Source: a virus
Lineage: Duplodnaviria > Caudoviricetes
Length of the DNA stretch: 64,000 nt
Virus record (IMG/VR): IMGVR_UViG_2623620512_000003
Location: 114-64,113 of that record
Reading direction: 5' to 3' (one strand)
This document shows, one piece after another, positions 49,458-59,421 of the stretch; position 1 is the stretch's first letter; each line of letters opens with the position of its first letter. Both the position numbers and the translations under genes were made by a program. The notes beneath the pieces were generated by a model. The model did no database searches. It was given only the letters and a program-made list of their open reading frames with translations, and was not told the DNA's origin.

Positions 49458-49966
49458 CACGCGAGATTCGTGAGATTATCGTCCATTGCACGGCTACGCC
49501 AGAAGGTCGCGAGATGACCGTCAAGCAGATTGACGACATCCACCGCACCCAGAACAAATGGCGCTGCATCGGCTATCACAAAGTGATTTACCTCGACGGC
49601 ACCATTCACGACGGCCGGCCCATCGATATGGTGGGCGCCCATTGCTCTGAGGATGGGCACAACCGCCATAGCATCGGCATTGTCTATGTCGGAGGCTGTG
49701 CCAAGGATGGCAAGACGCCCAAGGATACGCGAACGCCCGAACAGAAGGTAGCGTTGGCAAATCTTTTGGAAGAGCTTCACAAGATGTTTCCGGGCGCCAC
49801 CTTACACGGACATCGTGAGCTGGTCTGCAGTCTGAAGAAGAAAGATCCCCATCATCCCTGCAGCCGCTGCAAAGGCTACCCTGCCCTCTGCATCTATGCC
49901 AAGAAATCATGTCCGTCGTTTGACGTTCACGAATACGATTACATCTTTAAATCACACTCAAAATGA
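49454..49966 (+). CDS. Endolysin, N-acetylmuramoyl-L-alanine amidase (T7 lysozyme-like)
   Basis: IIVHCTAT, IGYH, GAHC, SIGIVYVGG, HGHRE, CPSF. Confidence 0.9.
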   Translation: MTREIREIIVHCTATPEGREMTVKQIDDIHRTQNKWRCIGYHKVIYLDGTIHDGRPIDMVGAHCSEDGHNRHSIGIVYVGGCAKDGKTPKDTRTPEQKVALANLLEELHKMFPGATLHGHRELVCSLKKKDPHHPCSRCKGYPALCIYAKKSCPSFDVHEYDYIFKSHSK

Positions 49967-50598
49967 AATACTTCACTCGCTTTATAATACTTATTTTCAT
50001 CGTTTGTTTGACGTCACTTACTTCCTGCAGGACGATGCGCACGTCCGAAAAGACGGTAAGTGAAAGTGAGACGGCCTCCGTGACGGCATCCCGTCTCACT
50101 TTTTACCGCACTCTCGATTCTCTCTCCAGACAGTTCCGCCTGTCTGCAGACAGCATCATCATGATATTTGCCACGTCGCCGGAGTCTCCAAGGGAGTACC
50201 CATCTGGGATGGAATGTCCCTTGGAGACTCCGTCTGACTCGCAATCCATCCCGCATAATCCAGCCCGCAAGCGCATCCGAAACGCTTCGCGTTCCGCATC
50301 CGCTACGCGGCCTTCACAAGTTCCTTCATACCTGCTGCCCCCATCAGGGCCTTCAGCTCTCAAAATCTACGGACTACACATCGCTGACAACAGCGAAGAG
50401 AAGTCCTTCTTCAACGCCGATTTGAAGGACAGCATGGCTCTGGCCACCCAGTCCCAGAAATCAAAATCGGCCATTAAGCAGAAAACTACTCCTTCAGCCA
50501 CTTTTAAGTGGCTCGTCATCATCCTGACTGCTTTCATCTGCATCAGCTTCGCACTCATTCTGATTCGTTTCATACACAAACATACGTTTCTAGCATAA
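49963..50598 (+). CDS. Putative spanin (lipoprotein with C-terminal TM helix)
   Basis: Lipobox LTSC, C-terminal hydrophobic helix, third gene of the lysis cassette. Confidence 0.55.
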   Translation: MKYFTRFIILIFIVCLTSLTSCRTMRTSEKTVSESETASVTASRLTFYRTLDSLSRQFRLSADSIIMIFATSPESPREYPSGMECPLETPSDSQSIPHNPARKRIRNASRSASATRPSQVPSYLLPPSGPSALKIYGLHIADNSEEKSFFNADLKDSMALATQSQKSKSAIKQKTTPSATFKWLVIILTAFICISFALILIRFIHKHTFLA

Positions 50599-50660
50599 TC
50601 TGTGTTCATTACCGATAAAGTTCTTTTTTCATAACTTCGATTCGAAATTTCTATTCATAT

Positions 50661-50694
50661 TGGGCTGTCCGTGAGGATCGCCCAATATTTTTTG
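50661..50694 (+). terminator. Terminator-like hairpin after lysis cassette
   Basis: tgggctgtcc-gtga-ggatcgccca followed by atattttttg. Confidence 0.6.
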
Positions 50695-50699
50695 CCCCA

Positions 50700-51430
50700 C
50701 CCCATACCCCTGCGGGCTTACAATCATCACCTTATCGATGATAGGCTTGTGCTGTTGGCTCGGCTGGTCACTCGCTACAGGGCTGACAGTTAAAGAGCCT
50801 GTGCACTGCCTAAGCGGTGAGCGGTATGGCTTCAAAGAAGTAAGTATGTACTTGCTCAGGGCTGTCACACGTGCCCGCTCAGATCAAGTCCACACACACT
50901 CCCTTGCCCTGCCATAGGCTGGGACAGCCATGCTGCTCGCCGCGCAGCACCCATGCACTTCACACCAGCCCCCACGAGTGGCACAGCGTCGCCAACACCG
51001 CACAAGCGATGAACTTGTCAGTCCATCAAGCCCTTGCCATAAAGCCTTCGGCTCATAATCGTATGAAAAGTCATCCCGCCGAAAAAGGCAGCAAATAATG
51101 CAGCCACATTCGGCTGTTTCTCATGCAGAAGTGAATAGTCAGAAATAAAATCTGAGGCACGTTAAGGCTCCGCGAGCCACACTCTGCCGCAGATTTTCTT
51201 TATGCCCATTCACACCTGCCAGTACCGCACTTTATGCGCATTCTTTAGCATCACGCTCTGCAATGATGCCACTCTATCCTTGCAAGCAAGTACATAGGTT
51301 AGGCAGACAAACATTGGCTATGATTTCAATCAGATTGATTGAGGTCATATCCAAAGATTGTCTTGATGCCCATTCCACATGCACAACACGAAACCCTCGA
51401 CACGTCGGAGGGATTTCGTGTTGCGCCCGT
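50700..51430. ncRNA. Large structured non-coding element (candidate ncRNA)
   Basis: Many nested long-range stems and no credible ORF. Confidence 0.5.
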
Positions 51431-51968
51431 GGCTCTTTACCGCACATTCTTGTCTAAATGGCTCAAGCATCGTGAGGGGGCTCTATCAACATAAGGCGAC
51501 CTTTTGCCCTATTTTTCGCCTCAAATACCCGCTTTCATATCATAGTGCGACCCTTTGCCTTTTTTTTCGCTATTATCGTGAATTTATTGCTAATAATGGC
51601 TATTTATGGCACTTTTGAGATAGTGCGAGACTCTGAGGTCATAATTAACAAAAGAGACTTTTATCCCCAATTTCTTTAACATTCGTTTACACTCTCAGCA
51701 TATTCCGCACGGCTTTAAGGTTGGAAGAGGTTCGAGGAGGACAGGGCGCGTGGGGGGTCTCTACTCCGAGGGGTTAAGGGCTCTGCCCTTAACAATCCCG
51801 TAAGTCATTGAAAATCAGCACCAGAAACAGTTATTAACTTAACTATTTCTGGAATTAACAAAAACGTCCCCATATACGGACGTTTTTACGTTATGCTGAC
51901 AATGACTGGTGCCCGCTGTCATCCCCAGTCTTCGTCCAGTCAAGTCTCAGTACTGGGGCATCGTTCAC

Positions 51969-52004
51969 GTCTTTTCTAACCTGTACGCGTGTATATAACT
52001 TTGC
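51969..52004 (+). promoter_or_regulatory. Core-operon promoter motif, copy 8
   Basis: GTCTTTT at 51969, TAACTTTGC at 51996. Confidence 0.7.
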
Positions 52005-52027
52005 GGCATAAATCATAAACGCATATT

Positions 52028-55000
52028 ATGTCATCAATCAACACAAACGCAACTGTCACCCTGACCGTCAATGGTAAGCAGGCGCAGGACATGCTCGATA
52101 GCCTAAAGAAGAAGTCGCAGGATTTGGAGAAGGCTATCGAGAATGCTGCAAAGGCAGGAAATAAATCTGATTTAAAGAGGCTGCAGAGGGAGCTAAGGCA
52201 GACCAACCGCCAGATATCGCAGATAGAATCGGCGACTGTCGGTGTGGAGAAGGTGCTGAAGAACCTCGATAAGGCTACACCAAAGGAGTTAAACAAGACG
52301 CTCTACACCTTGAAGCAGCAGCTCAACGGTATAGAGCGTGGTACCGTGGAATGGAACCGTCAGGCAGAAGCCATCAAGCGTGTAAAGGCGGAGATAGCCC
52401 GCGTGAATGCTGACCTTATCGAGGGTGAAGGCTTCTGGGACCGCTTCAACCGCAAGATGAACGACTGGCAAACAACCCTGATGGGTATGATTGCCGCCAT
52501 TACTGGCCTAATAATGGCCGGACGTTCAGCAGTCAAGGCGTTTGCTGACATGGACGCGGAGATGGCCAATGTCCGCAAGTTCACGGGAATGACAGAGGAA
52601 CAGGTGGAGGACTTGAACGATGAGTTCAAGAAGATGGATACCCGTACCGCCCGTGAACAACTGAACGTACTTGCGGAGGATGCGGGAAAGCTGGGAAAGC
52701 AGTCCAAGGAGGATGTTCTGGGCTTCGTGAGAGCCGCTGACAAGATAAACGTGGCACTCGATGAACTCGGAGATGATGCCACCTTGACGCTTTCGAAGCT
52801 GACCACAATCTTCGGCGACGAAAAGCGTCTGGGAACAGAGAAAGCCCTGCTATCCGTTGGTTCTGTCATCAACGAGCTCTCACAGAACTGTACGGCTGCA
52901 GCACCTTACCTGGCCAACTTCGCCAAGCGAATGGCAGGTGTCGGTGCCCAGGCTGAGATGACTATCCCGCAGATCATGGGCTTTGCAGCCGTGCTGGATA
53001 GTCAGGGACAAGCGGTAGAGATGTCGGCTACAGCCGTTTCCAAGCTCATCATGGATATGTTCAAGCAGCAGGATAAGATTATCAAGGCAACGGGCATGAA
53101 TGCGGAGAAATTCAAGGAGGCTCTTTCCCGCAGTACCAACGAAGGCCTTCTGATGCTGCTTGATACCTTGAACAAACTGGGCAACATCGATGTGCTGGCT
53201 CCAGTATTCAAGGATATGGGCGAGAACGGTGCCCGCGCAGCGCAGGTCATCTCCGCACTCGCTGGTAATTTGAATATGGTGAAGTGGGAACAGGAGGAAG
53301 CTGCCAGAGCTTTTGAGGAAGCAACATCCGTCACCAAGGAATACAACGTTCAAAACACGACTGTTCAGGCCAGTCTTGACAAGGCCAGAAAGCGTGTTAC
53401 CGAGATGGCTGTCGAGCTGGGTGAGAAGCTGCAGCCTGTGATGAAGCATGTGCTTTCATCTACTACGATGCTCCTGAAGTTCCTGTCTGCCTTGGTGGAC
53501 TTCATAGTAAAGTACAAGGTAGAGATAGCCAGCGTCACAGTCAGCATCATTGCATATAACGTAGCCATTAACCTGGCCACGATACGTACGAAGGCTGCAG
53601 CTGCAGCACACGTACTTATGAACGCAGCCCTGAAGACGGGTCATGCCCTGATGATTGCCGGACGACTGGCTCTGCTTGCTCTCGGCATTGCATATGACTT
53701 GGTTACGGGCAATGCGCTCCGTGCAGCTCTGGCAACGAAGGTGTTCACAACAGCCATCAAGGCAAATCCCATAGGTCTTTTGGTTACTACCTTGACCGCC
53801 GCCGTAGCTGCTATTATCGCATGGCAGGCCAAGGTACGCTCAGCACGTGAGGAGCAGGAGCGTTTGAACCGGGAGGCACGACAGGCTGCAAGGGAGATTC
53901 GTGACGTGGAGGCAAGCATCGCGGAAGAGACTTCGACTGTCAAGCGCCTGAAGGACGCCATTGACAGCGAGAACGTCGGAAGCCGAAAGCGCAACGCCTT
54001 GATTAAGGAGTTCAACAGTAAGTTCGGTTCATACCTCTCGAACCTGCTGAACGAGAAATCTACGGCGCAGGATCTGGCGGATGCCTACAAGGAGGTCGTG
54101 AAAAACCTCAGGGCCAAAATGGTTCTCGAGGCCAAGGAAAAGGACATGAAGAAGAATGCGGGCGTTCGCTATGGATGGGAGGCCAAGAAGCTCTCTGACT
54201 ATGACAAGATAGCCCGTGAAAAGAAGTCGGCGATGACAGGGGCATGGCTGAAAGCGGCTGTAGACGAGGAATTTGAGAAGATGCAGAAGGAAGGAAAGGC
54301 TGTATCAGCTAAGGACTTGTCGAAGGCAGTGTTCAGTCATCATATCGCACCGCAGCGTGTCCGTGAAGGGTATTACAATTCTGAAGAGAACCAGCTGGAC
54401 ACGTCGATGGGTGAGGCAATTGAATCCTTTATCAAACAGTATGTAAGCACACGTGCCTATGAGCAGCGGGTAAACAAGAAGTGGGCGCCATATTCCAAGG
54501 AGATAGACTATGCTATTGAGCAGGGCATGAATCTGGAAGACGCTGGTGATAGCGGATTAACGCCGGAGCCTGAGCCAGAGAAGGACACCAAGACACAAAA
54601 AGACCGCTTCAAGACAGAAAAGGAGTGGAAGGCCAAAGAGGAGGCGATGAACCGAATCAGCTATGCCACAGGTAAGGAGAACTATGAGCAGTACCAGAAG
54701 CGCATTCTCGAGATTGAGGTTGAGTACCAGACGAAGATTCTGAATCGAAGCGACCTGACAGACCAGGAGCGTCTTACGGCTCAGGCTGAATACTACGAGA
54801 CGAAGAAAAAACAGACTGAGCAGGGTGAGAAGATAACTGTTGAACAGGAGACGCAGCTATATAACGAGGCTATTTCCATTCAGAAGCAGCGTTATATCGA
54901 TGGAGAAATTAGCACAGAGACGTATCAACAGACGCTTGAGATACTGGAATTGAACCATCTTCGACGCATGACCACCATCACGGAGGAGGGCTCAAAGGAG

Positions 55001-56245
55001 AATATCGAGGCACAAAAGGCGTATCAGGATAAACTCATTGCCGACCAGAAGAAGCGTCAGCAAGAGACGGAATCTGCCGAGAAGAAGCACCAGGATCACC
55101 TGAAACAGCTCAAAAAGGACTATTTCGGTGATAATAAAGGTGAGCGTGTCAGCAAATATATGGCTGATTTAGAGGCACTTCGAGAGGTGTATAATCTCGA
55201 GGTGAAAGCAGCGGGCGACAGTGCTGAGGAGAAGCTTCGTATCGAAGAGGCATACCAGAAGGCAAAGAAGGCCTTGCGCAAGAAATATGGCATGGACGAA
55301 CTGGATGAGAATAAGAGTTTCCTTGAAGAATGGAACGAGGACATGCAGGAGTGGCTGCAGTCTGATATGGGCAAGGCCGTCACTGGTTCCTTGGAGGTTA
55401 TCAGCTCAGGCATGAGCAGTATCTTCCAGCAGATGTCCTCATTGGTTCAGGCCGAGGCTGACATTCAGGTAGCAGCCATTGAGAAGCGCTACAAAACGGA
55501 AATCTCCAATGCAGAGGGCAACAACTATCAGGTGAAGAAGATTGAAGAGAAGAAAGAAAAGGAGGTTGCCAAGGTCAAGAACGATGCCAACAAGAAGATG
55601 TATAAGATGCAGGTCATGCAGGCCATCGCGCAGACGGCCACGGCTGCACTGAATGCCTATAGCTCTGCAGCTGCAGTACCTGTCATCGGTTACATCCTGG
55701 CACCTATTGCCGCAGCCACGGCAGCAGCTGCAGGTCTGATGCAGGTGGAAGCCATCAAGAAGCAGCAGGAAGCGTCGAGCGCACAAGGTTATTCGAAGGG
55801 TGGCTTCACACCTGAGGGAGGAAAGTACGAGGTAGCCGGCGTCGTTCATAAAGGTGAATGGGTAGCTTCACAGGAGTTGCTGCATTCGCCCGTAGCCCGC
55901 CCGATGATTGAAGCCCTGGACTATGCGCAGCGAACGAACACAATAGGATCGTTACGCTCGGAGGATGTTTCAAGAAGCATCGTAGCTCCAAGCGTTTACG
56001 CACAGTCCGGCCAACCAACGCCAACCGTCATTGTGCAGCAGCCTGGATCTGATGCACAAGCCGAGATTGCAGCAACACACGCCGTCATGAAGGAGTATGC
56101 GACTGTTATCCGTCAGCTCAAGGAACGTCTGGACGAACCTTTCGTGACTGTCAACACCGTTACTGGTGATACAGGCATCAAGCAGGCTCAGGATGAATAT
56201 GAGCAGTTGATGCGTAATAAGACACCTAAATCAAGGAGAAAGTAA
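52028..56245 (+). CDS. Tail tape measure protein
   Basis: 1405 aa, helical and Ala-rich; TP901-type core (MANVRKFTG...), ANPIGLL, GGFT...AGVVHKGEWV. Confidence 0.92.
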   Translation: MSSINTNATVTLTVNGKQAQDMLDSLKKKSQDLEKAIENAAKAGNKSDLKRLQRELRQTNRQISQIESATVGVEKVLKNLDKATPKELNKTLYTLKQQLNGIERGTVEWNRQAEAIKRVKAEIARVNADLIEGEGFWDRFNRKMNDWQTTLMGMIAAITGLIMAGRSAVKAFADMDAEMANVRKFTGMTEEQVEDLNDEFKKMDTRTAREQLNVLAEDAGKLGKQSKEDVLGFVRAADKINVALDELGDDATLTLSKLTTIFGDEKRLGTEKALLSVGSVINELSQNCTAAAPYLANFAKRMAGVGAQAEMTIPQIMGFAAVLDSQGQAVEMSATAVSKLIMDMFKQQDKIIKATGMNAEKFKEALSRSTNEGLLMLLDTLNKLGNIDVLAPVFKDMGENGARAAQVISALAGNLNMVKWEQEEAARAFEEATSVTKEYNVQNTTVQASLDKARKRVTEMAVELGEKLQPVMKHVLSSTTMLLKFLSALVDFIVKYKVEIASVTVSIIAYNVAINLATIRTKAAAAAHVLMNAALKTGHALMIAGRLALLALGIAYDLVTGNALRAALATKVFTTAIKANPIGLLVTTLTAAVAAIIAWQAKVRSAREEQERLNREARQAAREIRDVEASIAEETSTVKRLKDAIDSENVGSRKRNALIKEFNSKFGSYLSNLLNEKSTAQDLADAYKEVVKNLRAKMVLEAKEKDMKKNAGVRYGWEAKKLSDYDKIAREKKSAMTGAWLKAAVDEEFEKMQKEGKAVSAKDLSKAVFSHHIAPQRVREGYYNSEENQLDTSMGEAIESFIKQYVSTRAYEQRVNKKWAPYSKEIDYAIEQGMNLEDAGDSGLTPEPEPEKDTKTQKDRFKTEKEWKAKEEAMNRISYATGKENYEQYQKRILEIEVEYQTKILNRSDLTDQERLTAQAEYYETKKKQTEQGEKITVEQETQLYNEAISIQKQRYIDGEISTETYQQTLEILELNHLRRMTTITEEGSKENIEAQKAYQDKLIADQKKRQQETESAEKKHQDHLKQLKKDYFGDNKGERVSKYMADLEALREVYNLEVKAAGDSAEEKLRIEEAYQKAKKALRKKYGMDELDENKSFLEEWNEDMQEWLQSDMGKAVTGSLEVISSGMSSIFQQMSSLVQAEADIQVAAIEKRYKTEISNAEGNNYQVKKIEEKKEKEVAKVKNDANKKMYKMQVMQAIAQTATAALNAYSSAAAVPVIGYILAPIAAATAAAAGLMQVEAIKKQQEASSAQGYSKGGFTPEGGKYEVAGVVHKGEWVASQELLHSPVARPMIEALDYAQRTNTIGSLRSEDVSRSIVAPSVYAQSGQPTPTVIVQQPGSDAQAEIAATHAVMKEYATVIRQLKERLDEPFVTVNTVTGDTGIKQAQDEYEQLMRNKTPKSRRK

Positions 56246-56248
56246 TAT

Positions 56249-58216
56249 ATGGAAATCATCATCAACGGCCAGCAGGCCTATCTGAAGAAGAACACGTCGT
56301 TTGAATATATCAGCGAGAACCCGCTGTTTACAGGTTCTGACAGCTATACGCTGACAATCACCTTTCCGCTGAAGGACTGCCCGCAGAACATCCGTATCTT
56401 CGGGCATCTGCATCGTCAGGACGTGGAGAAGAACAAGGTGGTCTTTGACTGTGACATCAGGGACAAGGACTTTTTCAAGTCTGGTTCCATCGTCATCACC
56501 CAGATATCAGAGGTAGAGGTGAAGACGCAGTTCTTGGAGGGACGCTCTGAGCAGAACTTCGACGAGACGTTCGACGATGTGTACCTGAATCAGCTGAACC
56601 TGGGCTATCCTGATGCAGAGCAGCGCAAACCGTCAAGCATGGATGCACAGACAGCATGGTATGTCGGCTATCCCGTGAGGAAATGGGTACCGCTGCCATG
56701 GGTGAACAACACGTCAGGGAATCTGCAGAATGCCGTAGAGAAAGATAGCAACGGGAAGTTCCATTGGGCTAGTGATCTCAGGACATTAACGTTCCAGCCA
56801 TATCTGCTTCATATCCTAAACAAGATATGCCAGGTCACGGGATATCAGGGGTATTTCGAGGCATTGGAGAAGAGTCGGTATAAATACATGATTATCTGCA
56901 ATACGCTGCCAGCTCCTTGGGGGGCGTGGAATTTTGCATTGGCCCTACCCCATTGGTCTCTGACAGAGTTCTTTGAAGAACTGGAGAAACTGACCGGCGG
57001 TGAGTTCTCCATCAATCACAAGGCAAAGACAATCACGTTTGAGTTCTCACACAAGCTGGCTTACAAGACAAAGGATGTGCATATCGAGAAGGTGGTCAGT
57101 AAGTACACGGTGGATGTGTCCAGAGAATACAAGTCTGACTATTTAGGTTCCGTGAATCGGTCCTACGTGGAGAATGACAACAGGATGTGGGCTTACCTGA
57201 GCTGCCAGTGGTATATTGAGGAGCACAAGAAAAGTGCGAAGGTATATGATACGCTGAACGAACTCCTGGACTATGCCATGACAAAAAAGGAATGTGGCGT
57301 AGAGACGCACGCCACGGGAAGAGGAGGCACCAGCACATCATACTCCCGTGGATATCCTGGAGGTTCTGAAGCACATGGGCTGTTCTACGCCAAGGATGTG
57401 GATACGTACTTCATTTTCTGGTGCTACAAGAGTGAATTAGTCCATTCTGTCCATTTGTCGGGCTCGAATACAGACTACAAGTATTACAAGTACACGAACC
57501 GCCTGATACCTGTCAATCAGTTCGGAAAGCTTCTGGTCGACAAGAAAGCGGATACCGTGGAGATGAATATCGTTCCTGCATGGCTGGATTATACCGACGA
57601 GGAAATGGGCATCTGCCTGTTCCTCGAATGTGGGGAAATGGGAAGTGCCGTCACGTGGACTGAAGAGACAGACCAGGAAGGAAATACGACAGTCAGCAAA
57701 GACGGCAACAATGGCCGTCGTCGAGCTATGGGCAACGGCAGGGTTTCCGACTCTTCGGAACCGGATGAGGAGGAATATAACGATGGAGCCCTGGCTCAGA
57801 CGAAAACAGGAAGAGCCATCGCAAAGGGAGAGCAGAAGAAGACAGACGCTTACTTCGATAAGCTCTATGTCGGATTCTGGATGAACCGAAACGCCCAGGC
57901 TAATGGAGGCTTGCCCCACCCTATGGTTGACAAGATAGAAATCAACGATGACTTCTCTGTAAACCATGGCTCGTACTCGCTCAGAATCAACCAGCAGGAA
58001 GAGAAGGATAAGGACGGCGTGCCGCTTAAATACACCTATGACATTGACAACAGGAAGAAATATTCATTTTCTTTCTTGTCCGATGAGATACCTGATGCAA
58101 GGGCGCTTTTCTACATTGAGGGCAGGAAGTATGTCTGCGAGAAAATAACTGCGACCTTCCATGAGGGTTCAGGAAGGTCGCAGCTACTGAAGGGTGTGTT
58201 CTACCGTGTTATTTGA
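56249..58216 (+). CDS. Tail tip/minor tail protein
   Basis: Directly after tape measure; ENPLFTGSDSYTLTITFP N-terminus. Confidence 0.6.
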   Translation: MEIIINGQQAYLKKNTSFEYISENPLFTGSDSYTLTITFPLKDCPQNIRIFGHLHRQDVEKNKVVFDCDIRDKDFFKSGSIVITQISEVEVKTQFLEGRSEQNFDETFDDVYLNQLNLGYPDAEQRKPSSMDAQTAWYVGYPVRKWVPLPWVNNTSGNLQNAVEKDSNGKFHWASDLRTLTFQPYLLHILNKICQVTGYQGYFEALEKSRYKYMIICNTLPAPWGAWNFALALPHWSLTEFFEELEKLTGGEFSINHKAKTITFEFSHKLAYKTKDVHIEKVVSKYTVDVSREYKSDYLGSVNRSYVENDNRMWAYLSCQWYIEEHKKSAKVYDTLNELLDYAMTKKECGVETHATGRGGTSTSYSRGYPGGSEAHGLFYAKDVDTYFIFWCYKSELVHSVHLSGSNTDYKYYKYTNRLIPVNQFGKLLVDKKADTVEMNIVPAWLDYTDEEMGICLFLECGEMGSAVTWTEETDQEGNTTVSKDGNNGRRRAMGNGRVSDSSEPDEEEYNDGALAQTKTGRAIAKGEQKKTDAYFDKLYVGFWMNRNAQANGGLPHPMVDKIEINDDFSVNHGSYSLRINQQEEKDKDGVPLKYTYDIDNRKKYSFSFLSDEIPDARALFYIEGRKYVCEKITATFHEGSGRSQLLKGVFYRVI

Positions 58217-59354
58217 GGATGTGCAGATTCTCCGTGACCGACTCCTCAACGTTCTTCTTAAGAATCTTGGCGTATATCTGAGTTGTCGCAATGTTCTTAT
58301 GTCCGAGCATTCTCTTCACCTTCTCAATGGGGATGTTATAGGAAAGCATCAGCGTAGCAAAGGAGTGACGGGCGATATGGCAGGATATCGGTTTGTTAAT
58401 GTGTAAGTCTGCCTCCATGACGTGCATATAGTCATTTGCTTTCTGGTTGCTGATCAAGGGCAATTTATAATTGTACTTCTTCAGCACTTCCATGGCTGGA
58501 GGCAGAATCGGAGTGAAAAAATTGGAGCCCGTTTTCAAGCGGCTGCCGTCAATATAGGTATAGTCCTGGTGTTGCTCCGTCATCGTATCAAAATTGAACG
58601 CAGCCATATCACAATAGGCCAGTCCTGTATATGCCATGAATACGAACAAGTCACGCGCACGCTCGATATGTCCCGTATACTTGGCATTACGCATCTTCAG
58701 GAGCTCTTCTTCGATTAGTGGATTACGCTCCTTGTTCTTTCCCTTGGGGAATTTCACATGGGCATATGGATTTGATGAAATCATCTCCAGTTGCCACAGG
58801 ATCTTTGTGTATTTGGATACCTTCTTATGATAGCCATTGATGGTATAGTCCGTTCTGGTGTTGTTCCTACGAAGCCAGGCATCATAGGCACAGACATTTG
58901 CAGGGGTAAGGTCAGCCAGTGTCATCAGGATACCGGACTCTTCGAGACTGTCGAATACGACATTAAAACCCTTGACTGAGTTCTTGGCAAGGTTTTCACT
59001 CTTCATATGTTCACGGCAGAATTCCACGAAGCTCTGGCGCAGGTCATTTCCATTATAAATATTAGAAGGAGCTTGTTTGGGATGTTCATCCGTGAAGATG
59101 TGCTTCGTGAAGTTGTCAATGGTCATTTCTTCATTCAGCATCTCCATGGCACTGATAATCTGTTCATAGTGCTTTTTCCTTGATTGGATGTTCTTACCAA
59201 GGGCGACGGACTCCCATGAGGCTGAGTCTGACTCTCCAACTACCTCATACTTCTTTTCACCTCTTGAAAGGTAAATGTACAACTCAATTTTTCCAGTTCC
59301 ATTCTTTTCTGCCTGTCCCTTGCGGTCGAAGACAATTTTCACGTTTTGCTTCAT
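58209..59354 (-). CDS. int: Tyrosine integrase
   Basis: YTGLAYCD, HIARHSFAT, LGHKNIATTQIYA; adjacent to tRNA. Confidence 0.93.
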   Translation of the reverse strand: MKQNVKIVFDRKGQAEKNGTGKIELYIYLSRGEKKYEVVGESDSASWESVALGKNIQSRKKHYEQIISAMEMLNEEMTIDNFTKHIFTDEHPKQAPSNIYNGNDLRQSFVEFCREHMKSENLAKNSVKGFNVVFDSLEESGILMTLADLTPANVCAYDAWLRRNNTRTDYTINGYHKKVSKYTKILWQLEMISSNPYAHVKFPKGKNKERNPLIEEELLKMRNAKYTGHIERARDLFVFMAYTGLAYCDMAAFNFDTMTEQHQDYTYIDGSRLKTGSNFFTPILPPAMEVLKKYNYKLPLISNQKANDYMHVMEADLHINKPISCHIARHSFATLMLSYNIPIEKVKRMLGHKNIATTQIYAKILKKNVEESVTENLHILK

Positions 59355-59421
59355 AATTTTTGGTTTTTATGCAGCCAGACAGATAAAAATGGAGTAAGAG
59401 GAAAGCTGGAAAGGCGTATTC

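Noticed and set aside
50629-51618. Short ORFs of 64-79 aa in the structured gap
   Set aside because: No initiation context or protein-like composition; the region is better explained by base pairing.
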